A stretch of 52,200 bases of DNA, counting the filler, from Bipalium vagum (Eukaryota), in the NCBI GenBank assembly GCA_037834085.1. It is 3 parts of 3 records of this genome, joined end to end, with 100 filler letters (N's around TTAATTAATTAA, not from the genome) between each part and the next. Parts side by side here need not be neighbours in the genome. Positions count along the whole stretch, not along the records: positions 35,732 to 52,200 come from JBBMKC010110149.1; 2 more parts are not named here. One strand, given 5' to 3'. Both the position numbers and the translations under genes were made by a program. Shown one piece after another: positions 36,981 to 52,098 of the stretch. The notes beneath the pieces were generated by a model that was given only the letters and a program-made list of their open reading frames with translations, did not search any database and was not told where the DNA came from. How positions within the stretch are numbered: the first letter of the stretch is position 1; each line of letters begins with the position of its first letter.

Positions 36981-37904
36981 TTTAAAAAACGAAATAAAAA
37001 TAGTAGCTATAAATATTGATTTACAGCTGTGTTCCATAAAATAGCAGTGATACTATATAATTTTGAAATACAAATCGATTTCGACTTTTTTAAAGTATTC
37101 TAATTATTTTTTATGATAAATTTAGATAAATTATCAACAAACTTGAATAAGCAGACTAATCTAAACACAAACAAGAAAACAAAGTTCATTCATTTTTTCT
37201 TCTGTTCAATAAAATAGTAATGAAATCATTTGAAAACTAAAATAACTACGAACAACAACATATATCAATAAAACTTTATTATAATAAGAACATACACTTA
37301 ATATTTGGTTAAAAATCCAACGTTCTTAATAACTGAATAACAACGAATCTCCATGGAGTCAACTAAAATGAGTAAATTAATATATATAAACAAATAATTA
37401 ATATTTTTCTTTAATTAATATAATTGCACAAAAATGTAAATCAGTACTATTCTTTCGTTGAACTCTAAAAATGTCTAATACACTAAAATATTTTTTATTT
37501 TGAAATTTTCATTGAGAATGATTGAGTTATATTGTTACTATTAATGAGATAGTCATAAATTCATATACATGAATTACAGTGTCTAACGTTTTAACCGTAA
37601 TCAGAAAACCAAGATTTATTAGATTTCTTACAAACACTAGTATTTTATTGAATACAGCTGTGCTATTTATAATGAGACGATAAATATTATTTAATTAAAA
37701 CAACAATCCACTTTCTTAAGCTATGTTTTAATTTGAAGTGACTTATTAAAATCGTGTACTTTGCAAAGTAAAAAAAAGAAAATTAATAAAATAGCGAATA
37801 AATTAAAACAATCAAGCAGGGATATATGAATTAGAAGTATAATATGAAAGGATTTTCGATAATTAGATTGATTAACGTTTCCTGTTCCATTTTATACACA
37901 AAAT

Positions 37905-37931
37905 ATATTATTATTATTATTATTATTATTC

Positions 37932-37983
<52 letters not shown>
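37905..37983. repeat. (ATT)n microsatellite
   Basis: Direct observation. Confidence 0.95.
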
Positions 37984-37986
<3 letters not shown>

Positions 37987-38639
37987 AATTACTTTTCTTA
38001 AAAATATTGTCTGATATCAAATTTGAAATTTTGATAGGTTAATCATTTTTATTTATTTTTAATCTTTCTTCTTTTCTTCTGAAGAAATACCACGTCAGGC
38101 TTCTGAAGCTTATTCGCAATGAAAAGACAATTTCCTTCCGTTAAGCGAAACATTTGCTCAAAATTGTTACAATTTATAATTAATTTAAATATATATTATT
38201 AAAATGTGACAGTTTAATTAAAATGTGACAAGCAAAAGACAGAAAGTGATTAATTAAAAATCCTAATAACTTTGAAAGATTATTAAAATAATTAAAAGGA
38301 GCATGATGAATGTAAATTAGAGAATTTATTACAAGAGCACTTTAATTATTTTTAGATTTAAATGTTTGAGGCCTCTCTACATTGTATTACTTCTCGTTTT
38401 TTACATTTCTTCTTTAATTTGCTTGTTACAATCAATGGGAATATATTTAATATAAAGTTAGAGATCTCCTTTTGTTTCTTGAATTTGAAATTGCTATTAC
38501 GAATTTCTTTTAAAGTCAAGGAAGGGGTTCCTGCTTAATAGAGAAAATGATGACAGGTAACATAAAAGTAAATGAAGTGTTGATTTTGATCATCGTTGGT
38601 CCAGAAATTTTGATATGTTCATTGATCTGGAGACCTGAA

Positions 38640-39020
38640 TTTATAATCAGTTCACAAAGATATTTGGGTGAATGTCTTCGTCAGAGATTGATAACTTATA
38701 TACGTTACAACTATGCTGAAAGAAGTTATGTGTTCTGGCCGAATCAGGCAAGCGTTTATTATGCAAAATCAAGCATTCGTTTACTAAAAAGGTTAAATTT
38801 GTGGGGAAGACAGATAACATTTCAAATGAACCAGAAATTCATTATATCGAAGACTTTTGGTCATGTTTGAAGGAATTGGTTTATCAAGATAGGTGTGAGT
38901 TGAAAACATTGATCAATAGAAGTACTGTTTGAAGAACTTAATCAATCAGTTTTACAAAAGATTACTGCTTCACCATTCAATGAACCGACTCTTTGCAAAT
39001 TTGGGTGCTTGAAAAATAAA
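38640..39020 (+). mobile_element. Tc1/mariner-superfamily transposase relic
   Basis: YLGECLRQRLITYIR..YVFWPNQASVYYAKS (FWPDLAS.HY-type), then a decayed IEDFW..LKELVY motif. Confidence 0.7.
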
Positions 39021-39129
39021 AATTAACATTTGTAAACATCATTTGTTGAGCTTTCTAAAGATATATTATTTTTTCTGTACCGGTTAATTTTCCTGAGAAA
39101 AATAGTTTTTTAATTAGTGAGGATTTTTA

Positions 39130-39420
39130 CAACAGAACGGCGTGAAATTTATGTTGTTGGCGAATTTTCTACGCTTCTATTTACAAGACAAATGTTAATG
39201 TTGAACGTTCCATCTTTGTTATTTTTTGGCTTATCAATTACACAACCTGTTTCCTCGAATTTCTTTATTGATCTGCGGATTGCAGACTGATTTGGACGAC
39301 GTTGCACACCAAAATTATCACGAATTTTGCGAAGCGTTATCGTCTCAGAAAGTCCAATGTCATAATAGATTTAGAAGATGAAAATTCTTGGTTGCACGAT
39401 GCATGAATTAATGGATACAA
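39130..39420 (-). mobile_element. Tc1-like N-terminal relic
   Basis: TLRKIRDNFGVQRRPNQSAIRRSIKKFEETGCVID. Confidence 0.65.
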
Positions 39421-40138
39421 TTACAATAATGAATATTTAAACAACTTGGCGCATACTTTTTATATTGCCTTAACACACAGGCATCACCGTTGTGTGACCC
39501 CTTTAGAATCCGATGGTTTTTCGGGATTGAGAGGAAAAGATTTTTTTAAAAAATAATATGAATTGTTAAAAGATCTTCGAAAATTCAAAGCAGCAGATCA
39601 AATCGGCACAGTTGTGTTTGATCTTAAGTCCATAAGTTTGTATGTTTCTTCATGAATATCAAAGTTAAATAATAATTTTCCAGAACAAAAGCATTCTTTT
39701 AATTATTTTATAAAATACAATTCTTATTCATACTCTTTCATTCGACATATTCAATTCTCAACCATGTGTGGTACGTTTTGAATTTCACTTATCCTATTCT
39801 TTGGAAATGTCTTTGGAAATTTTATAATATTTTTGAGCTTTTCCTAACGGAAATTATTGAAATCATTGACATTTACCTAAAGACTGGTTTTATTATATTT
39901 ATTTAATTACTGTAATTTTTTTGAATAATACTTTGCTAATAGTAACACTTTGTACCTTTTTTAAAATCATTGTTCTTAAATCATTTCATTAACAGGTTTA
40001 TTCAACCTCAAAGGTGTCTTGTGGAAAACCAATTTTTACTTAATACAAATACTTTATTCAATGACCATCGGCAAAATAAATCAAGTCATATGATACATAT
40101 CTTCCTCAAGATATTATTATGAATATGAATATGAATAT

Positions 40139-40139
40139 G

Positions 40140-40197
<58 letters not shown>
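40139..40197. repeat. (ATT)n microsatellite preceded by (ATGAAT)n
   Basis: Direct observation. Confidence 0.95.
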
Positions 40198-40201
<4 letters not shown>

Positions 40202-42505
40202 TTTTCTTGTTTTTGTTGATTTTATTATTAATCTTATTAAAAACCAAATTATTTTACGGTAAAAATGAGGAAATAAAATTTTCCTGTTGCGTGCTTGGGC
40301 ACAATGTGATCGAAGCACATTGAGAAGGAAAACGATGTTGAGTGATGTGGAATAAATGTTGGCACAAAGTTTCGTTGCACTTTCACACTTGCGGAGTTGC
40401 AGCACACAGATTCACAAAATATTTTCTGCACAGTTTACATTTGGAATAATTTATATGGATTAGTTCAATTTTGCTGATCTTCTTCGAAAATGAACAACTT
40501 TTAGAATTGTTTGGATAATATTTCAAAAAGACTCTGCTTCAAATTCTCTGCATTTTACGTTATCAAAATGGTGAGTTCTTTGGTCATTGTAAACCGTTTT
40601 GATTGTCATTTACGTTATATTGTTTGGCGTTAAGTTCAATAATTAAATAAAACATGAAATTATATTGTCCAGTGACATGTATAATATATTATTATTTATT
40701 TATTATAATATTATTATTTATAGGATATAATATTATTATCAATTTCATATAATAACCTAATTTAATTAACTTATTATAAATAAATTTGTTTTAATTAGAC
40801 AAACATAATTTTTTAATTTTTTATTCTTTACTGAACTTTTAATTTAAAATGATCCATCATGATACTAACTTTTCATGATGGTCATGATTTACTTTTAAAT
40901 TTTATACTTTTTTTTTATTATTTTTTTAATTTTTTTATTATTTTTTTTTATTATTTTTATTTATTATTTTTATTATTTTTATCATTTTTTTTGGTTTTTA
41001 ATTTTAGAATTTCAAAGAATAAATATTACTTTACATAAAATAATTTGTATTTATATTATTAATAAATAATAATATCTGCTGTAACATTCAGTAATTCAGT
41101 ATTTCTAAAATCACATTACAATTGAAAATAAAAAATATATTTTTCAACTAATGAAAAAAATATATTATAAATTAATAAATAAATAATTATTTATTATTTC
41201 CGGTTTTTTGGAAAATTAATTGTAAATTCAATGGAAAAACGAACCTTTTTTCTTTGTAAATGAAAACATGGTATGTCACTAGAAAGATCGCATGAGCTTA
41301 CTTATGTCACATTGAGCAAAGGGTTGTCTGATGGAACAAGACAGTGGTACAGAAAATAAGCAAATTTCCTGGGTAAATGCATAAAGTCTTCTCAGGAAGG
41401 ATTAATTAAATATTAAAATAAATTATGTCTGTCAGTTACAATTTATAATTTACTACAAATCTAATTTTAATTTAATTCTAATGGATCGTTCAATATTTTA
41501 TTATTCAAGCTGAACTGAAGCTGAAAGTCATCTTTGAACCTGACGAATGGGTCCATTTGATGATTTCAGTCGTCTTTGAAGTTATAATTAAATCTCGTGA
41601 AGTTATCATAAAGGATAAGAAATGATTGACGAATTCCATTTCAATCATTTATTTGATTAAATTTTCTAAGATTTGTACAAAATAAAATCATAACAAAAAT
41701 TTATTTAAGAAAAGCCACCTATTTCGAGGAAAATCTGCATCAAGCAATATCTTCCTCGTGTTTTTTTTTAGCCATCGGGTTTAGATATTGAATACCATTG
41801 ACCTTTCAGCTACTGGGATCCCGAAACAGGGCAATATGACCGTCAGTTGCCTGGTCATCTAAAATGCAACCACATTCTTACACTATTTAAGTCAGGTGAA
41901 ATTAGATTGGTAATTAAAAATATCCCATCTTCTGAAGAACAAATACTTATGTCATCATATTGCATTGCGCAAAGATACTGAAATAATATTGTCCAACAAT
42001 TAATTCCATGTAACCAATCGATAGTTCAACATTTATTTTGATGAATATTAAATTAAAAATTGTTTTTATCAACTTAATAAATAAATCAATGTTCATTTAT
42101 TATTCAATAATTATTTTCCACCATGAGATATCGGTTAGAGTCTGTTTCTAATGATTATTCAATAATTAATAATTAATATATTAAATAAATTAATTAAATT
42201 TCTCAATTCTGATCACGGTGATGATTAATAATTGTTAATAAATCAATGAAAATAGTTTAATTAGTTATTGATTAATAAGATTTATTTATCGACAACGTGA
42301 AGATTGGTCATCATTCTCTACTTGTGACTATTATTATTATATTATTATTATATTAATGAACTTGTTGGACTCAAATACCCTGTCATATGTACGCGCTAGA
42401 ATTGAGCTAATAGAATCAAAGTAAATAGATCTACTTCATATAAATTATGTTATCAATAAATCAATACAATATCGCGATTTTGTGATCATATTTTATTTAT
42501 TACAG

Positions 42506-43800
42506 AAAAATAAGATCAAATTAGGAATTTCCAGTGTATCCAGCTGTCTGAGATCCCCCAAGCTAAAAAAGCCGATGTCGACTTCGGATATTGATAACAT
42601 TAATACTTTGTCCTTGAACCAATTGCCTGTTGTTTCCTCAGAGGACTTGGACGAAATGTTTGACAAAAATCTTGAAATGCTGAAGACCATCGAATCCGGA
42701 AATTTATTGTCTAAAGACTGTTGTCAGTCATCCAAACGTTATCACAGCTCTCTCAATATCTACATTAATCCCAGAGACAGTTTCAAGAATCCAAATGAGA
42801 TTTATTATAGCAATTGCAATATCTTTCCTATTCAACATTCTCTGTCTTATAATAATCAGAGCGATCTTCAAGTCTCAGACAACAACATCATACCCAATCA
42901 GCTGCATAAGTCATCATTGTATTCTTCGTATGAGACTCTTTATGATAATTTAACATTCAGCTCCAAAGAAGAAGATCCCAACAAAATAAAACAGATGAAG
43001 AAACAATTCAAGACAAAAAATACTAGCAATAACAGGAAGATTAATGATCAAGCGACCAAACCCCACTCATCAGACTCTGAAGATACAGTGAAATCTTCAT
43101 CTTCTGGAAATATCTCTTCATCGGTTTCTTCTTTAGAGTCATTAGATGATCTGCCAGACATTTCGTTTAATCGTCCCAGTAAACATTCATTTTCTAGTCA
43201 AAGTAACTTGAAAAATGCTGACGTTATTCCAAAGCTTAGGCTTTACAGTAAGGATATTAACTCCAGACCAAACTCTTGTTATGTGGACATGTCATTCGGC
43301 CAATATTCATGGAATTTGCATCGTCCTCAGCCAGATTTTATGAACACTTTGGAAAATAATTTGCAACAAAGACATAATGTGGTCATTAGCAAACCTATGA
43401 TAAATTATCCAGATCAATTACGTGATAGTCTTCGTTCTATTCCCCAGAACGCAAATAACACATATATTAATAATAATTATAACAATAATAATAATAAAAT
43501 TAACAACAGTGGCAAGGATGATAATAATAATAATAATAATAATAAAAAGAAGAATAAAAAATCGTTTCTCTATTTGAAACCTTTCCCTAATACCCTTGAA
43601 AATGAGAAATCTTTACTTGCTCATTCAGACCTTTATTTGCTGAACAATAACAAGACCAATATTCTGAACCATTATTTCATGAAAAATGAACCAAATAAAG
43701 AGTCAAACAAAACAAAATTTTCTCACAAAGGTCTTTTTTCTAAATCATCAAAAAAAATACCAACGGAGCAGCCTACAAAACCAAGTCAAAACAAAAATGA
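42506..43800 (+). CDS. Large exon encoding a Ser/Asn-rich low-complexity region of an unidentified protein
   Basis: A >430-codon open frame in AT-rich DNA, with a TTACAG acceptor at 42505 (or ATG at 42575) and a GA|GTATTT donor at 43801 followed by T-rich intron-like sequence. Confidence 0.75.
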
Positions 43801-45076
43801 GTATTTATTTATTTTTATTGAATTTTATTTTATTTTTAAATCATTTTTGCACAAGAATAATTTCTGTGCAATTGGATATATTATTTTAATTTCTTTTATT
43901 AAAACGTAAATATCTTTTTTCATTTACTTTCAGCCATGCGTCATAAAATTAAAAATAATATTATTATTAAATGTTTATTTTTAGCATCGCGTAGTATTTG
44001 TTTTAATGAAATTTAATAAAAATAAGTCTGTCATAAAAACATATCATTTTAATTAAAACAAAAGGCTGATTTTGAGTGAACGAGATTAAGGAAAATATTT
44101 TATAAAGAAATAATTTGCCTCGTTGATTGCAAATATTAATTTATGAAAAATAAATTTTATATTTTGTTTTTAACAAGTAAATTTAAAGTCTTAATAATTA
44201 AAACAAAAGTCTTTGAAAAAATTTGACTGTTCATTTTTAATTATTTTTATAAAATATTTTTATTTTTATTTTGTTTATTTTATTATAAATTTCAATTATT
44301 AATTAATTAATATGATTTTTATGATGTAATTATTATATTATTTTATTTATTTTTAGTATATAATTGTATAATCTATTAAATTAGTTATTTAATATTTATC
44401 TTTGTTTTCCTACAATTTATAAATGTAAGAAATTATTATTATAAATAATATTATTTCATGATATACATTTTTTTTAATTTTCATTTTTATAGAAATTATA
44501 GCCAATCATATTATCCTAAATTAATTATTTGGAAATTACTGAAATTTTACTAAAAATATTGATTTATACTTAAACATAGATAAATTTTTTATCTTATCTT
44601 TAATAATAAATAATATTTTAATGAAGATGTTCATTTTTATTGATTTATCAATCCATGATATGGCCTCTTCAAATCTTTAAAAAGGTCAAAGGTTTCACAT
44701 AACCAAAGAATATCACAGAGTCTATATTGTTTTGGAATTCAGAAATTTCATCCTTTGTTTGAAATATTACTGATCAAAAATCATTTTATACAAAAAGAAT
44801 GAGAGCTTATCTAATTTAAGCCGGACCTGTCATGTAATTTACATAAATATTTATACTAATCACTATTATGTCATATTAAACACAATAATTTGTTTACCAA
44901 TAATTTGCTATTTATTTATAAAGCCTTATGTAATACAAATGTTTACATACAAAAATTATTTCTTAAAAAAGGATGAACTGAAGATTTCAAAAAGGAAAAG
45001 TATTTTAAAAAATAAATGGTTGAAGAATGCAAAACAATATATTAAAATATTTATTTCAATTGAAAATCACTTTTAA

Positions 45077-45111
<35 letters not shown>

Positions 45112-45619
45112 TATTATGTACATTTTCTACAAATTAGAGAAAATATTTTGTCGTTGTGCATAAAAGCATCAGACATTTTCTTACATTTTTGATAAGAAGT
45201 ATGTATTCAGACAGAAGACTTCTCAAATTAAAACAAAAATATATTTTTATATGATGGACTGAATTTATTTTGCTTTCCAAATTCCTAAGCTTCACTCTGT
45301 ATCATGGCATCTTGTCTGGGTATTTTGAGACTTCTCTCAATTTCAAACATTGCTATATAAAATCAATATTATGTTTTATAATGATCTTAAGCATTCTGGG
45401 TTATTGTTTATTAGTTCTATATGTCCTACTTGGGGTACTGGGGAAGTTTATGGAATGAGGAACTTTGTGTGGTAATCGGGTTTAAAATTGATCATAATCA
45501 TAAAATTCAACATGGAATAATAAAAATTATCTGAATAAATATAAATTAATGAATTTTTTTGAAATTGGAATTATAAATAAAATATGAAATGTTCACGGGA
45601 AAATTATCATTCGATGATT

Positions 45620-46270
45620 TACATTAGTTTTAAATTTGGCTTTACAATGGAATAATGTCTAGATATACTTCATTTAATATTTTGAAATGAGGCACATCAA
45701 GTACCCATGTTTACAAATGGTTCACAGAATTTCAGTGTGGATGGAAAGACGAATTTCGTGACTGTCGTCCTTCAACATATGTTTCAGTCACTAATATTGA
45801 TGTTGTGTATGAAACGATTAAAGATCCACATATCACACATTTTGAAATTCAAGCATCCATTGATACTTGCATGAACCAATTGAAACCATTTTATACAACC
45901 ATATGAAATTGCAGAAGCTTTCCAGTCATTTGATCTTACACAATTTAACATCTTCTGATGAAAAATATCATTTTAAATGGTATCAAAAAATGCTCCAGAA
46001 ATTTAACAGAAGTCGTTCAAATATAATTAACAACATTAATGGAGGTGTGGAAGCAATAACTGAGCTGGCAATGCTGAATTGTATAAGTCAGTTTTCTCAC
46101 CACGTGTGATTTTCAAAATAAGAGAGAACAATCTAAGTCGACAAAATGTTCTAAATAATGAAAAAGCCAACTCACCTGCGACCAGTCAAAAGCTATCAAT
46201 TTTGCAGTCACTAAACATGTAGAATTAAACATGACACATAAATGTTTCTATATTTATTATGATAATTGTT
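45620..46270 (+). mobile_element. Decayed mariner
   Basis: VYKWFTEFQCG..NFVT, TNIDVV..IKDPHIT..EIQASI, ILYNHMKLQKLSSHLILHNLT. Confidence 0.65.
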
Positions 46271-47395
46271 GGAATACACTTGAGCAATCAATTTATCCTG
46301 CCATTATTTCTTTTTTATATTACATTGCTTTGTCCTTTGTTTTTTGAAGAGAAAGAAATAAAAAGGAATAATAACTGTATAGATTCTGTTTTCCTTATAT
46401 AGTTTTCTGTTAAGATTGTAAGATTCACAATTTTTTCATGTAACAAAACCTGAATTTGTAACTTTTACATAATAAATTTGATTATATTTGTTAATTCCTA
46501 AGATCAATTTAAACAAAATATAAGGTTCTTCAAAATGGTAGTCTTTAATTCGTTTTGAAAAATCAACTCAACTATTAGGTTCTTTAGCGAAACTCTACAG
46601 CTTACCGATAAACTTCCGAAAGAAACCCCATCAGGCAAATTCATAGTCACAAGTTTACCAATCTTCACCACAATCAACCCACATGGGAATCATAATAAAC
46701 ATGTCTGAAATCATTGATTCATTTCTTTTAATTAATAAAAAATAACAATTTTAATTGCGTAATAAAATCATTCAGACAGGAATAAAAATTAATTCATAGA
46801 GTTTTTCCGAACTGTAATTAAATGTGTTTTTTATGAAGAAATAATGATACATGTACATACATTATTATAAACATTAATATATGTAACTTTTATCTTTGGA
46901 ACGCGAAATTTGTGCGATCATCATACATTATTTCTACGAAATGTGTTTAATGAATTTGTGGATGCAACAATAAAATGGTAAATATTGATTCAAGTATATT
47001 TTTTATATCTTTATTTTATGTTGAAGAAATTCGTGCAGATTCTATATTCTGTAGTATAAGTATCAAAATGAATAAGCAATTTAGCCTTGCAAGTTAAATC
47101 TCCGCTTGAGGATAAGTCTTTGATATATCCATTCGCAAAAAAAAATTCCATATATATCTTCTTTGTTTTTTTCAATTTTAAACTGTGGTAAAATTGTAAA
47201 AAAAATTTTTTATTCATTATTATTATTAGTTTTTATTTCATTATTTTATTATTTTTATTTTTTAATTTGTTAATTAAATTATTTATAATTAAAGTTTTTT
47301 ATTGATTATTTTTTCAAGGACTACTCGATCATAGTCTGATAATAATCTTTATCAACTAATATTCCTTTTTAAAAAAAAATATGCTCAATCTTATA

Positions 47396-48629
47396 TAAGG
47401 TGTTTAGATTTAAGGTTTCATTTTAAATTTAATTCCCTTTATTTCTGTTTTGTTTTATTAAATCAATAGTCGTTGAATAAGCAATAGTAATTCAAGTTGT
47501 TTTTTCAAAAAAAATTGTTATTCCATTGAACAACGAATTTTATGGTAAAAAGTTATTTTAAATACGGCAAAAGTTATGCAAAAATTGGCCGAAGATTTAT
47601 GTCTAAATATGGAAGAGAAAGTTGTCCGTCACATGTGACAATTAAAAAAAGTTCAAACAATTTATAGAAACTGATTCAATAAAAGATGAACGACGCCAAG
47701 AATATCATAGAATAGTCCAGCTGAAGCTGTGGTGTGAATGAGAAACCAAAAACATCCACAACTGACCATTCAAAGAACCATATTATTCAGAATTTTTCAT
47801 GAAGATCTTCTTTAAAGCGTTCAAGACAAAAATAAATAAAGCCGGCAGACTTTTAATTACACTGTAAATACAGTAAATGAGCCATTGAAAAAATTCATTA
47901 AAATTAAACATTTTTCCAAAAAATAATCTTTAGCGTTGAAGCATATTTTGAATTCGTCAGATCTGTCAACAAAATTTTCGAATTTGAGGTAATGAAATCC
48001 AACAAGAAATACCACAAAAACAACTCCATCCACCAAAATTAAATATTTGCTATGGTGGTGTTATCGGTCCGAATTTTCCTGAGAATGAAGAGCGGAATTC
48101 TATAACACTTACCAGAACTCGATATCGAAGTATGACTGGAAAATTTTTCTTTCATAAATTGGAAGGTATGGGATACTCAGAACATGTGGTTTCAGTAGGA
48201 TGGTGTTACATCTCATACGATAGGAGACTTTTAAGAGACCAATTTTGTGAAAGATTAATTTATCGACATTCAAACATCAATTGGCCTCCTAGATCCTGGG
48301 ATCTAAGACCTCTAGATTTTTCTGTTTTTCATCTATTTAAAGGAAAAGGTCTATATTAGTGATCCTGAAACAATGACTGATTTGATACAGAACATCATCT
48401 ATGAAATTGGTGAAATTTAGTCACAGTTATTCCAAAATGTGATAGAAAAATTTTTAAAAGAATGGGTGTTTGCTATCTTGCTGCCCGATGTCACTGGCAT
48501 GACATTATTTTTTACTGTTAAATCGGAATATATGTATTACTATCACCTTAAATAAAAATATTAATACATTTTATACTTTTACTTGTTTTATTGAAAATTT
48601 AAAATGCAACCTGAAGCTGGAACACCTTG
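47396..48629 (+). mobile_element. Near full-length decayed Tc1-like transposon with both TIRs
   Basis: Imperfect TIRs TAAGGTGTTTAGATTTAAGGTTTCATTTTAAATTT / AAATTTAAAATGCAACCTGAAGCTGGAACACCTTG. Motifs WFQ*DG and INWPPRSWDLRPLDF. Confidence 0.85.
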
Positions 48630-50299
48630 TATCTACCTATGTATTCTCTAAAAGGAAATGAAATTTTCATTTCTGATTAATTAAAAAAAATGCAAAATAT
48701 ATTTTTAATTAATTGTTTTAATAATTGAAAAATAAAATATTTCTGAGAAATCCGTTTCATTTTGAAAATCCGAAAAATTCATTCATTGAAATAATTTCAT
48801 TTCATTTTTTGTTTAATTTTCCGATTTCGTTCTTATCTAAAAATAGAAAACGAAACATTTTTATACAATTTTTTTATTATTAAAACAAAGAAATAAAAAT
48901 CTAAATCGTTTTGATATTGCATATCATAATAATTAATTTATGTAAATGTTAAAGCCTAGTCTACTTGGCCCGAGTCGTCGTTCTCTAAAATAACTACAAA
49001 CATAGAGGAATTTAATCAAAGTTATTTGTAACGTAATTAATAAAATAAAAGGTTAATTGATAAATCAATCAAAATAAATGAGCAATAAATTATAATTGAC
49101 TTTTACTAGTTAATTTCCAAAAAATAAAAGCTCAAAAATTGTGATAAAATATGGGAATTCTCAATTTTGGAATAGAAAATATTATGGACTTTTTAATTGT
49201 GATTATTATATCGAAAATATTTTATGGAATTAATTAAATTAAGCAAAAATATTATTTATTAATCTCGATATTTATTAAAGGTCGTAACAGAGTGCTTATT
49301 TCAATTGACATTTTAATCATATTTTAAAAAATAAATAAAAATAATTGTTCACTGCCTTCTGAAAAATGGAAGGGGTTTTAACCTCTCACTTTTATATATT
49401 ATATGAATGGAATATTGTTATTATAAAATTTCATTGATTTTATTTTTTAAAAGATTTCCCTTTTATGTTTTAAATGTTAGTTTATTTTTTTGTTTACCTA
49501 TTTTTGAAGTTTTTTAAGTTCAGAAATATCATATTTATTTATTTATTTAATATAAATGTCAATAATATATTATATTTTTAAAATGACTTTTAATTATGTA
49601 ACTTAATTTTTTTAAAAGAAAATTGAAAGAATGCAAAAATTTGTTTGTCATTAAAAACATTTTTTTAATATTTATATAAAATAAAAAAATCTTTTTGTCT
49701 CAATTTATTTGTCTGAATTCCTTTACATTTTAATTATCATGGTTTAGTTAATAACATTTGATTTGATTTTAATTCTTTATTTTTAAATTTGTTTGAAATT
49801 TTGACATTTTATTATTTACTAAAAAGCATAAAATTAAAAATTACAAAATTACAAAATTAAAGAATTAAAACTATAACGAGATTACGTGAAAATATTAGCA
49901 AAGAAATAATTTTAAAAATTGCAATTAGAAAATTTATATTAATTTTTTATAATGGTTATCCATTAGAGGAAAATTCTTGAAATTATATTTGGCAATGTCA
50001 ATTTTCATTTTCGTTTGCTAAAAAAATGAAAATCTAAAAAATAGTATAAAAAATTTAATAATATGGGAAAAATTAAAATGTTTTTAAACCTTTTTTTTTT
50101 GTTTAAAGTTGAAAAAATGCTAAAATCAGTTTAATAAAACAATAAAAAATAATGAATGAAGTAAAACTCTTACATTTCAATTTTTTTGGAAAAATGACAG
50201 TATAAACCGAAAAATCTTTATAATTTAATGACATTTGAAACATTACAATATGTTGCTTGAATTTAATTTCAATCTGATATAATTATTCTTAATCGAAAT

Positions 50300-50731
50300 G
50301 TTAAATGAAAGAAATGACAAGAAAGTTCGTGCGTTTTTTAATATTGGAATTTAAAAATCAAATTCTCATAAATAAATCAATGGTATTGTCTACCAACCCG
50401 ACACACTCATATATCTTTGGTCATCCCGAAAAGATTATTGGCCCATACTCACTGGACTTGGATCCTACCGATTATCATTTATTTTGATCTCTGCAGAATT
50501 CCTTAAATGGGAAAATATTCATTAACGATGAGTTTTTCAGAAAGCAAATTGACACTTTTTCCAATAAACTTCAGGGGTTCTATGAACGAGGCATCATGAA
50601 TTTGGGTGGAAAATGGAAAAGGATAATTAAAAATAACGGTGAACATAAAATTGATTAAAATTGTTTTATCAATGAAATATATTGATTTTATCTTTTTATT
50701 AAAATGTGAACAAACTTTCTTGCCAACCCAA
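50300..50731 (+). mobile_element. Internally deleted mariner
   Basis: PYSLDLDPTDYHLF*SLQNSLNGK, YERGIMNLGGKWKRII.NNGE. 3' TIR AACTTTCTTGCCAACCCAA+TA. Confidence 0.85.
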
Positions 50732-50884
50732 TAGTATATTTATTATTTAATCTTGATGAGAAAATCTTCAATGTTATTAATATTAAATATCCCTGTGGAA
50801 AGAAATTTCAGAACTTAAAATTTAATATATTTTTAATAAATTACAATTTACTTTTTGATAATAATCAAACTGTAAATAATAATA

Positions 50885-50929
<45 letters not shown>
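50885..50929. repeat. (ATT)n microsatellite
   Basis: Direct observation. Confidence 0.9.
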
Positions 50930-50930
<1 letters not shown>

Positions 50931-51929
50931 TTTTAGCTGCACAATTTTATGAAGCATCACTTTAAAAAGGAAATAACTGAACAATTGACTGATATGAATC
51001 AATTTTTTTCAATAATCTATATTTATTTAATCATTAATTTAATATTTTGTTTCACAGATAGAAATAAATAAAATAATTATTTTAAAACAAAAAAAGATGA
51101 AATCTATCTAGTTTTTTAATTTTAATATTTCAATAAAATAATAATTTTTGTGTATAAATATTGTTTAATGTCACACTTATTAAATAGGACTAAGCGAAAT
51201 ATCATCCAAAAATTATTTGATAAACAAATTTCATAAACTCTGAATTTGTATTTCACACAGAGAGAAATTCTTTTGTTTATAATTGATGTCAATAATTGGA
51301 AAATCTTATTAGAGCACCATTAAAAGAATGCGTTCATCAGAACATTAAGAAAGATAAGAAAGAAAAATACCTTCCGGATGTCCGAAAAAACAATAAAAAC
51401 TCAAATCAGAATATTACCATTTTTCAGATTAATGCAAAAAATAACCGTAAGATATTTTCATGGACGTTTATGAATTTATATTATATTTTATTGAACTTTT
51501 CATCTAAAAATAAAATGGTATAAATATAGGTTCTGAAATTTTAATTTTTTATAAAAATATTAAATTAATTCGTGTAATTAAATTAAATTTTATAATTAAG
51601 TAATACGCTTGTAATATTATTAATAATATTAAGATATAATTTCTTGAAACTGTATAATTAATATTTAATAAAAATTAATCAATTAAATTCATTTTAAAAA
51701 TTTTATTTTAAAAAATTATCTTTAAAAAAATAAAACGTTAAGAATTATGGTAAGAAAAGAAATATGTCAAATGTTCGTTTGTTCAGTTTATCTTTTGTTC
51801 CATTAATTTTTATTCTCATCAATATTTTTAAAAATGAATAATCTTTTAAATAAATTTTATCATTTTACTACTTATTAATTTAGTAATTTTTTACTTTTTT
51901 AATTTTTTAATTATTATTATTATTATAAT

Positions 51930-52098
51930 NNNNNNNNNNNNNNNNNNNNNNNNNNNNNNNNNNNNNNNNNNNNNNNNNNNNNNNNNNNNNNNNNNNNNNN
52001 NNNNNNNNNNNNNNNNNNNNNNNNNNNNNNNNNNNNNNNNNNNNNNNNNNNNNNNNNNNNNNNNNNNNNNNNNNNNNNNNNNNNNNNNNNNNNNNNNN
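51930..52098. other. Assembly gap (N run)
   Basis: Ns. Confidence 1.

Noticed and set aside
40106-40405. ORF with poly-Ile that looks like a membrane anchor (also 11988-12230)
   Set aside because: Produced by (AAT)n microsatellites
46607-46705. Exon-like segment on the minus strand (TTTCAG ... GTAAGC)
   Set aside because: Stops in all three frames; at most non-coding, and unsupported
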